Assembly (NCBI GenBank): GCA_964016885.1
Contig: OZ024743.1
Location: forward strand, 214,644,001 to 214,708,000
Origin: Eledone cirrhosa
Lineage: Eukaryota
DNA: 64,000 nucleotides
Direction of reading: 5' to 3'
The notes beneath the pieces are model-generated. The model was not told the origin of the DNA. It did not search any database and worked only from the letters and a program-made list of their open reading frames with translations. The translations under genes were made by a program, and so were the position numbers. Of this stretch, positions 53,839 through 64,000 are shown piece by piece (positions within the stretch are counted from its first letter, which is position 1; each line of letters begins with the position of its first letter).

Positions 53839-56442
53839 AACAAAGTCAATCTGTAAACGCAGAAGTGGATATGTCAAAAGACGTTGCAACCGGAGGAAGA
53901 TAGGAAGACGATACTTTGGTTCGTGGAAACGTTCCTTGGCAAAGAACGAGAAAAAACGAATATAATATATCATTAATAGGAGCGGTGAAAAACAATTACA
54001 CGCAAAGACAAAACCACGTTTATGGTATGAAAAAAGTTGTAGACTAATGTTCTCTTAGGTGGTTCATAGAGACGTTCTCTGGCAATGAACGGAAAAAACG
54101 AAGATAATACGTCATATGTGGATCGTGGAGAACAATTGCAAGCAAAGACAAAACAGCGTAAATGATATAGCTGAAGTCGTAGACAAAATTCTAACAAGGA
54201 AACCGAATGATTCTCCGCTTCAGAGTTAAGAATAAAGTAAATAAAATACAATAGAGAGGTAATTGATATTAAATAAATACATACACGCATCCAAATACGT
54301 ACATACACAGGCATACGCGAAAACACACGCCATAGGTATACAAACCACACACATATAAATATGTGTGTGTGCGTGTATACAAATAAATAAGTAATTAAAT
54401 AAACGTATATAAATAAATAATCCGTATATAACAAGCGCACACACATACCTACATGTAAATACACAAATGTTCGGAGACAACGTCAACCAAAACATGAAGT
54501 ACACATTTACACACACCCAACATACGTACGAACCCGCATACTCACACAGACGCAAAACTCCCGTATACACATAACCAAAAGCATATGTACCAGAATATAT
54601 AAAAATATACGCCATAACATATACAATCAAATATACGTACAAAAAAGTATACGTACCTTTACAAAACATACATGTAATACATACTTACCTATGCAAATAA
54701 GTAATGGCATAAGCATAACATATACTAAGCTACCACATCAAGACGTAAAATATCCACGTATAGATTGTACTAACCGTTAGGGTATAATGTGGGGCTGTAA
54801 TACAGGACAGTTTTGTGAAATTTATGTTTACAAGCCGAAATTGCCTCACATTTTTTGTTTAAGATGTGGTCTGTGGCGTAGAGTATTTCCAGGGCCTCAG
54901 CGGCGCAGACGTCACATGGCCTTTCATTTCCGTTATACGATCTAGCCCTCGCTAGGATCTCCCAGTGTAACTTATATTGGGTATGGTTGTCTTTTAGATC
55001 CAGATATAAGCTGAAAGTGACGTCACATTCCTTCTTAGAGGGTACCGAAAAGAATGTTTATGCATGTAAAGACGCTGCTTGAATCTATTGGCGCTTAACC
55101 CTGTGTAGGCCCTATGGTACGTGGGTGTTTCAACCTTACATTTGTAGACAACATGACCCCCGTCTTCTAAAAAAAAAATATATATATATGTGTGTGTTAA
55201 TGTATTTATATATCAAATACTAATTAAAATATTTAGACGTATCGATTCAACCGAGATCTCTCTCTATAATGTCAACACGAGAAAATATACAGAAAGCTAA
55301 CAGAATGATCAGTGATATTACTCTTTATCATAAAAATTGCGTTCTACTTGTATCTTTTAGAGTCAACATATTACTCCAATAAAATCATTCAGAACGAGTA
55401 AATCATGAGTCCAGTGTTTTTGTTTGTAATTGTTTAATCTACCTTCCTCATTTGTCTTTTCCGCATGTCTAAACGCAATCAGATTGGCAAATATGTATGA
55501 TTAAGAAAACATACATTCCTTCAATCCTAACCTAATTCTAACATCGTATTATGCATATTCAAACATTCATAATTCGACTGAAATACCCACAAGACTGGGG
55601 TTTAGTGACTGTCCCTACTCCTCTGACCTTTTCTTACTACTAGATCCTTCTTTGTGTTTTTTGTAGGTTCTACTTCCTTGTCTCTTCCATTTAGCAATGT
55701 GTTTCGTTTTTAATAGATATTGCTCAATTACTTTCATATAATATCAATGACCTTTCGTCGCAGTGTGTGGTTTTGTATATTGACATTATTGTACATTAAA
55801 CCATTGTCAACTTATGGCCATATCATCTTGAATTCTGAGATATTTGTTTACATGTGTAATGGTTAAAATGCTCCTATTAGAAACTTACTGTCTCCTGTTT
55901 TTGCAAAATATTTGCATGCTATATATTTTCATTAAATTTCCTCTATATTGCCTTTAATATATCTAGAGGGTTCAAAGAAATGCCCTTACACGTATTTGTG
56001 ATTCAATTAATATCTGTTAAATAGCGACCCCTGTCTTCTCAAAATATTGAGTTTCGTGGGCCTTATCTGTAGGCATATTTACCCGTTTACACACATTTAC
56101 ACACAAGCAGGCACACGCCTACTCACATCCATTACATAACTGATAACGACAATTCTAATACTATACCTCATGGCAATACGGCCAATGTAGCATCTATATT
56201 CAGTAACATTTAATTAACATTCAATTTCACATATTTCTTCCAATTTCAAAACACACTCACATTATATTGTATTATCGAAATGATACAAACCTAAACACAC
56301 ACAAACTCATATAAATACATATATATGTGTCTACATGCGTATTAGTATACACACGCGTGCACACATATAGACGCACATACACATTCACACACGCGCACAT
56401 ACACACGCACACGCACATGTACACGCACACACACACACACAT

Positions 56443-56494
<52 letters not shown>

Positions 56495-56823
56495 CGATAA
56501 TGGAAATGAAAAAATTCCAATTTTCGTTATGTCTTCAAATATGACCAAAGAAATACATATAAGCGAAAATATTAATATTACACAAGTAAATAAAACATTC
56601 AATTTAATATCCTTTAGAGTATGTTTGATGTTTCAGTTGTAACATGGTTGTATTGTTGATTATTTCAAATATTCCCAGGTTTTTTTCAACAATCAGCTAG
56701 CTCCGAATTCATACTATTTAATCAATATACTTGTTGAGAGAATAATTACATACATACGCAGAAACACACACACAGATACACACAGACACATATACATCAA
56801 GTCACACATACACACACAGGCAT

Positions 56824-56858
<35 letters not shown>

Positions 56859-57879
56859 CATATATATATATGTATATATATATATATACATATATGTGTG
56901 TGTTTGTGTCTGCGTGTGCAACATACTTAAACGCACAGTCACACCACATGGATATATATATATATATATGCGTGTGTGTGTGCGTGTGTGTGTGGTATGT
57001 ATATATATATATACATATATACATATATATATATGCGTGTGTATGTTTATGTATGTATGCAGTTCTTTAGTCATGCTTTTATTGATTTTTTTATAAGTAA
57101 AATGGTGAATATTGAAACAACGCAATTATATATATTTTATTTTTTTGGAAAATTATGCATATAATTGTTTCACAATTATTCAATATATGTATCGTATATA
57201 AACATCAATTTTGAAGGTAATTTTGTACGCTTTAGTATTATTCATTTTCGAAAAACCGTTTCTAATGTCTTATATCAGAATAGCAATAACCTTACTGACA
57301 TTTTGAGGGATGGCATTATGTTAGGCAACATACGAGATCATCCATGTTACTAATTATAGCTGGCAAAGGTCACACCATTGAAGGTTATGTGAATGTATTT
57401 CTCATCATGATAGAGAGGACATCCATGGGAAGGAGAAGCTAGTGCAAATAAATCTCAGTAATATTGTGAACTAAACGTAAATTCATTTATATCGAATTCA
57501 ACATATTCAGTTGTATTTTTGAGATAGTCGACCCATTGAAGATAACTTAAATTACGTTAGAAATTCGAATATTACATTCGAATATGCAGTTGGTACATTA
57601 TAATTACATTATTGTATAAGCTTGCTGTTAGATATCACGTTCTGTGTACAGTGAAAATATGGTCAGCCTGTTATACCATTACAATGTAAACTTTTCCACT
57701 TTCTGTTATTTACGAAAATCTGTTTAAAAGATCCATCTCTATCAATATTGCATGGGATTAAGCAATTGTATTTATATGTATTAGCTATTAAGGAAAATAG
57801 AAATAAACGGTCTAATCCATTCCTATATATTCTGAAAACATCTATTATAACTAGCTCATATAATCCGTATGATTAAAAT

Positions 57880-58073
57880 AATAACTGTTTCTACTTTTGG
57901 CACAAGGCCAGCAATTATCCAGTGCATTACTGGTACTTTATTCTATCGATCCCGTAAGGATGAAAGGCAAAGTAAACCTTGGCGGGATTTGAACTCAGAA
58001 TGGCAAGGGCCGTAACTCTATGCGTCAAAGCATGGCGTCCGACCCTCTACCAATACTGCCAATCCACCGCCCT
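57880..58073 (-). mobile_element. Full-length tRNA-derived SINE
   Basis: Near-identical to 30074-30261. Confidence 0.9.
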
Positions 58074-58917
58074 GTGTTTCTTTTTTAAGTTAATAACAAA
58101 CATTTAAAATTTTCTCATGTGCACATTTAAATGAACATTTCAAATCCTACAACAATGCACTGAAAAGAATTTCATTTGAAAAACTTCTCATTTGTAGGAA
58201 ATAAAACGTATTACCTTGGCATCTATACAAGCGAGTTCTTCCGAAGGGTCTTTGGAGGATCGTCACTCGGTAGAACGCGTAAGTCAACACTTCGAGAACT
58301 ATTTTGTGCCTCTCCTTATATGAGTCATTTGAAACAGCTTATTGACACAAACTCAGGGCGTGCTTCGTTGTTTGTGGTTTCCTCCTTGTACAGCCAGGAT
58401 TCTTCTCTTTGTCCTATCTCCCAAGATTGGTCTGTGATAGAAGGATTCACGTGACTCTTATAATGAAGCTCACGCTTTAGATGTAAGCGTTCTTTGCAAT
58501 GCTTCATCCAAATTCGTGTAATGACACTATTGGGATTGTTGAAATACCGTCGAGCCTTGACCTCAATTTGCTCTACTCACATGCACATCGAGACACAAAC
58601 ATGTACACACTTACATATATATAATACTTGGTTCAGTGGATTCATGGCTTACTGAGAAAGGTACCAAAACCAGCACTCTTTGCTAATGGAGATTGTATAT
58701 ATTGTAAACAAAGTGAAGTTTCACGTTATGTTCTGTATTGATTATACAAATTAAAGATTGTTTCTTAGAGGGGTCGATTAGGATCTATATACATTCTATA
58801 AACTCGAATCCAGCTCCATCTCTTTATTAGCCTTGTTAATCAAGCTAAACCAAAATTTCATCACTGAGTCGGGTCTATAGCATTTACATATATCAATGTA
58901 AAGCCTCTCCTTGTTTC

Positions 58918-58966
<49 letters not shown>

Positions 58967-58997
58967 ACACCACACATGTACATGTATATATGTACAC

Positions 58998-59081
<84 letters not shown>

Positions 59082-59599
59082 TCATGCACGTATATACGTT
59101 GGATGAAAAAGGTAAGATTATATATATATATATAACCAATCACGGTACATATTTTATAAGTACAAGAGCTTATTTTCAAATACCATCATGTTACGGTCTT
59201 ACTAGTTATATTGAATTATTTAAGCAAACAATTTTAAACATTCTTCCAGTGATTTCCAAAGAGACCACGGTACTAATGTTTGTTTTAAATTAAAGCAACA
59301 ACAACACCAGCAGTAATTACAATAACAACTAAACAATACAAACATTCTCTGATCTTTATCAATAGTATACTGATGTCTGATGATGATATTCAATTAGACG
59401 AATTCACATATATTCACACACACACTAAAATAACTATCGCTACACATGTACTGATGTTGTTAAACATATAAATGTATAAATAATGATGCATCCTCAGGTG
59501 AACAGGTGCAACATCTAATTAGATATAGAGAAGATATCGATAAAATTGAATCTAGAAATATATGAAGCATGTGACTACATCGCTAGTACATATACAAAT

Positions 59600-59634
<35 letters not shown>

Positions 59635-59648
59635 CACACAGGCGGACA

Positions 59649-59718
<70 letters not shown>

Positions 59719-59723
<5 letters not shown>

Positions 59724-59910
59724 AAAACGTTTGACACCGATCGCAGAGCTCATGCCGTTTCGACGGCTATTTCTGGACTGAAATAGCCGTCGAAACGGCT
59801 AGAGCTTTGCCGTCAGAGTCAAACATTTTCCTATTACCCGCTCTAGTACACTAAGTATTGAGTACTCTGGTGCGTTATGGTCCATCTGGTTCCTCACCAC
59901 ATCTCCTTCG

Positions 59911-59912
<2 letters not shown>
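59719..59912. mobile_element. Fold-back mini-element (family of 15815), opposite orientation
   Basis: Hairpin 59719-59834 centred on gacggctatttc-tggact-gaaatagccgtc; in (TA)n. Confidence 0.8.
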
Positions 59913-59954
<42 letters not shown>

Positions 59955-59961
<7 letters not shown>

Positions 59962-61037
59962 ATACAATAACAGAGATAGTTTAAAGCTAAACTCTGACTG
60001 GTAACCATCTCACTCAACAAACATTAGGTTATATTGAAATATAAACCCAATTTAAGTGTTTGGGGTGCTAACAATATGTATAATGTGGAAAAACCAGTTG
60101 TATTATTTTATGAGATATAATTAAAGTTAAAGTATATCTCTCTTTCCAAACAATTGTTTCATTATAAGTTTTCTACAAGTTTGGGAGAATGTTTCCAGTT
60201 CATGTAGAAGCCTAATATATATTCATGTAAGAATATATTTAGGTGGGCACTTATAAATCATCAGTGGAAGCCCATTAAAGATTGATATAAGAAAACAAAT
60301 TTCTTACGGCTGTCAAAAATCACGTCCGTAAAGTAGCTCTCTCTCGCCTCGAATGACCGCCAAATTTGAAATTCCAGCAGTTTTTGATTGAGGAAGTATC
60401 ATAGCGACACGAAGCGCGAAGGGGAGACAACTCACGAAATGAGGAAAAAAAAATATACACGCGGGATAATTAGTTTTTTTGAAAACATTATCAATCCAAA
60501 GTGTTTAAGAACTCAATTGGAAATAAAAAAATAAATATATGCTTGTATAAACTACACACGCATATAGATATTTTCTTAGGCTAAATCAGAAGTTGTACCC
60601 GAATAAGAACCGCTTCTCATAACCGCAGTAAATGCAGAAAGTTATGCTATAAGGGGCAAATGGGAATATAATTCTCCGGCCAAATTATTAAGAGTAAAAT
60701 ATGAAACACACGCGGGTTAATTAGTTATATCAAAACCAATATTAATTCCTCGTGTAAAGAACTCAATTAATAAAAGAAAATAAATACATATATGCATGTA
60801 ATTATATACGTAGGCATACATATATATATTTTCCTAGGCTAAAAAACAGAGAAGTTACAACCAAAAAAAGCCACAATATTTCACAACAGTAATAAATACG
60901 GAAAGTCAAATTCATAAGGTACCTGGAAATAAACACCTCTCGCCAATCAAGAGTAAATATTTAATACAATAACAGAGATAGTTTAAAGCTAAACTCTGAC
61001 TGGTAACCATCTCACTCAACAAACATTAGGTTATATT
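59955..61037. mobile_element. Non-coding ~1002-bp unit with 81-bp direct terminal redundancy in (TA)n
   Basis: 59955-60035 equals 60957-61037; internal imperfect duplication ~60460-60585 / 60705-60845. Confidence 0.7.
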
Positions 61038-61045
61038 AAAATATA

Positions 61046-61122
<77 letters not shown>

Positions 61123-61179
61123 TGAATATACGTATAAATATGTATATATATTATATATATATACATATATATATATATA

Positions 61180-64000
61180 TCGTTTCTGAATTTGTTTAGC
61201 AAGATTCTTTATCTGAAATCGTGTGTTGAAACCGATATTGTTATACTTTGGGAGGGTCATGTTGCCAATAAGAAACACACGCACCAGCTGTTTCTATTCA
61301 ATTTATTATAATAAATTTATAAATTTAGGAATTTATAAATTTCTGGTTGGTTGGTTGGTTCCACAACCAGGTAGTTGTTTATATATTGTCAAAGTTCTTT
61401 CGTCACACATTCTGTGACCTCTTCACTGATTGGGGATCCTTTTCTTTGTTTTTGTGCCTCTCCTCTCTTCTGTCCTACGCCATTTTGTTTCTGTGTGTGT
61501 GTTGTGTGCTCAGTCTACGCATGCGCCACATCCGGGTGTCTGTGTGTGTTTATATTCGTTTATTTAATTGTTTATTTACATGTTACCTGTTGGTTGTTTG
61601 TTCTATGTGCGTGTGTGTTTTCATTTTGTCCTTAATTGTAAGTTGTGATGTTGCTGTTCCACTCATATTTTCTATTTAATTTTGGTTGTAATTCTTTTAT
61701 GTTTATTGCCTCTGTGATTTGTCTAAACATTGCGTCTTTTCTGTGTGTAGATTCTATTTTTATTTCTATGTTCTCTAATTTACCCTTATGTTCTATTGTA
61801 GCATGTTGGTAGAGTACAGATGATTCTTTACTATCTTGAAGGTCTCGCCAGTATTCATGTATCCGTTCCCCTACACTACGATCTGTCTCACCTATGTACA
61901 CTATATTTTTGTCTCTACGTTGTCCTTCAGTACATCTTATGCTATACACTACATTTCTAGTTTTAAAGTTTATATGGGGGCTATTTTACAGGTTATACAT
62001 TTCTTATCTATACAGGGGGATCTTTCAAAAGGGTATGTCTTGCTAATAAGTGTTTTTACGGAGGTATCTGGTCTTTCTACTATCTTAATATTGAGTTTAT
62101 GTTTATCTTGCGCCCTTCTAAATGTGTAAGCTAATTCACCTCTAGGGGTTGTATCGATGAACATTACACTCTGGTATTTATTTCTATCATACCATGAGTT
62201 TATTCTATTAGCCTTATTCCTAGTTCTTTTTATTCTATTCCAAAATTTGCTCCTATACAAGGGGCAGGTCCCATTTGTGTCATTATTTACCATTTTTTCC
62301 CCATTTGGTTCTGGCTCCTCTATATACTCTGATTTTATCTCTCTGATTCTAACCAGAGAACTGCATACGGTGGATGAAGTTTTGTATGTGTCTCTCTAGT
62401 TCTTCGGGGTTGCAAATGCGGGACACGTTTCTCATCACCCGTACCAAATCCGCAATCAGTATGTTGATTTTGGTATGGTCCGAAACAGCCGAGTTTCGGT
62501 GGATCAGATGTTTGGAAGTCATGGGTTTGGCATAATGGGAATGCAGGATTTGTTTTTTGTTATTATAATGGTATCTAACCAGACCTCTGTGTCTAGTACA
62601 GGTAATCGATGGTTGAGGTGTTTACTTGGGTAGTCTATAGTAACTGTAATACTCTGGTGGATGGAGTTAGCTATTTGCTGGATGCTTTCCATTGTGTTTT
62701 TCTCTAGTTCCTGACTCTTCTCTAGTGGGGGTGTCTTAACTACGATGTTTATATTATCAACGTAGCGGGAGTACATTATCAGGGTTAAGGGTTCTTCTAA
62801 TTGTTCTTTAAGTTTAAGTTTACTGTCCCACCATACGCTGAATAAGTTAGCTATGTCGGCTGCAATGCTAACACCAATGGCTGCTCCTTCCTCTTGGGCA
62901 TATGTTTTTCCATTAAATTTGAACATATGTTCCTTAACGGTTAGCTTTATGCTGGCCCCTACCGCTTGTGCAATCATTTTCTTCAGTTCATCGTGGTTTT
63001 CGGGTGTCCTTATGGCTCTGGTCCACCCGTTCCATCTATCTCTGTGGGTTTGCTTGGCCAATGAGGTAATGGTAGGTGGTCTGCCTCGTGCTGGTCTTGT
63101 AGGGCACAGGTTGCTAAGGTCATATGTGTCTAGGTAATTATTACTATAGGTAAGTTTAAGTAGGAGTCCCAGCTCACTGGTATCAATCCCACGGAACTCA
63201 ACATTGCTCTTACTGATCATTTCTAAGCATTTCTCCACAGCAAAATCCACGTCAATAGATGGATAGAGGGACACAACATTCATACTACCTATTATGCAGT
63301 TTGTTAGGTCCCTAGATCGGTTACTCTCGCCAATTCTGCTGAGGACGTCCTCCGTGCTGTCACATACATCTGGGAACATTTCAATCATGGGGCGTATGAT
63401 CAGGAAGATGAAGTAGGACAGTCTGTAGTTACTAGCAATGTTAGCTCCACAGACTGGCCGTGTTGGTGGTCCCGTGACAGGGCCACTGCCCGTTTTATAG
63501 TCTTTTCGAAGCCCATACAATGCCGGCACGTCATTGTTCCAGGCCTGGAAGTTGTTGGCAGTCCTTTTGTTGGGCTGCATTATATTCGTCCACATCACCA
63601 TATGGGCATTGAGGGCTTTTTCTCTATCCTCATGCTCCTGTGGTGTTACCTCTCTTGTGTTAGTGATGTGGGGTTGCATTGCCTGGATGTAGTTTGGCAG
63701 GCTGTCAACCGACATTCTGCCAGACTTGTCTGTTAGAAAGCATGCTATCTCTCCATTACGCGAGCGCTGCATGAGCTTACGCAAGCCATTTGCAGATTTT
63801 TCTCCCAGTTGCTGGGCCTCCATTCTATTATGCTTCTTGCTATACTGTTCTATAATATTTCTAAGTTCGGATCTAGCTATACTAAATTGTGCTTCTGTTT
63901 GTTCATCGACCTGCGACGGCAATTGCGTGCGTTTGTTAAATGGTAAAGTCGTGGCGTGGACACGTCGCAGGTCGAACGAGTTATTGGAGGGATTATAAAA
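61180..64000 (-). mobile_element. Nematis/Neptune-like PLE family A, running off the window end; HHR motif at 61388-61430 (C3 mutated)
   Basis: ORF 62519-63922 RT (RPVCGA, SLYPSI, GAAIGVS, YSRYVDN), linker CIDKKCITC, GIY-YIG ORF 61632-61949, pseudo-LTR into (TA)n. Confidence 0.92.

Larger units (their letters stand above)
50497..55151 (-). mobile_element. Near full-length Hydra-like PLE with ~1.4-kb direct (partial tandem) repeats 50497-51889 / 53764-55151; unit ~3267 bp
   Basis: Direct repeats include the endonuclease end and pseudo-LTR. The 3' end is in (TA)n. Confidence 0.92.

Noticed and set aside
58176-58560. Possible host exon or LINE RT fragment
   Set aside because: Only faint resemblance to an RT segment with no reliable motif or splice support. 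Similar unassignable remnants lie at ~10400-11050, 24990-25350 and 49560-50130.

Overview
This is AT-rich, microsatellite-dense eukaryotic DNA with no recognisable host gene. The tRNA-derived SINE family, a MetaSINE and the (TA)n/(CA)n load suggest an octopod cephalopod (inference). The window is a nest of mostly decayed mobile elements: a Chapaev3-like DNA transposon interrupted by a non-autonomous Helitron, two R4/Dong-type RLE LINE remnants, SINEs, and many Penelope-like elements (PLEs) of two types (Hydra-like and Nematis/Neptune-like) inserted in (TA)n with tandem or inverted pseudo-LTRs. The main hidden signal is RNA-structural: about 22 type I hammerhead ribozyme (HHR) motifs, read by eye and ranging from intact to decayed. 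Five lie in a non-coding ~433-nt tandem repeat present at three loci. This repeat looks like a cephalopod non-LTR retrozyme (candidate circRNA source), with a compensatory stem I change and a conserved octamer motif. The remaining HHRs mostly lie in PLE pseudo-LTRs and include recurrent non-canonical cores (CAGAAGA, UUGAGAA, extra nucleotide after A9). Several short palindromic elements are fold-backs centred on HHR stem II. Most short ORFs in the track are microsatellite artefacts. Coordinates are approximate to a few bases, and no folding or database searches were run.
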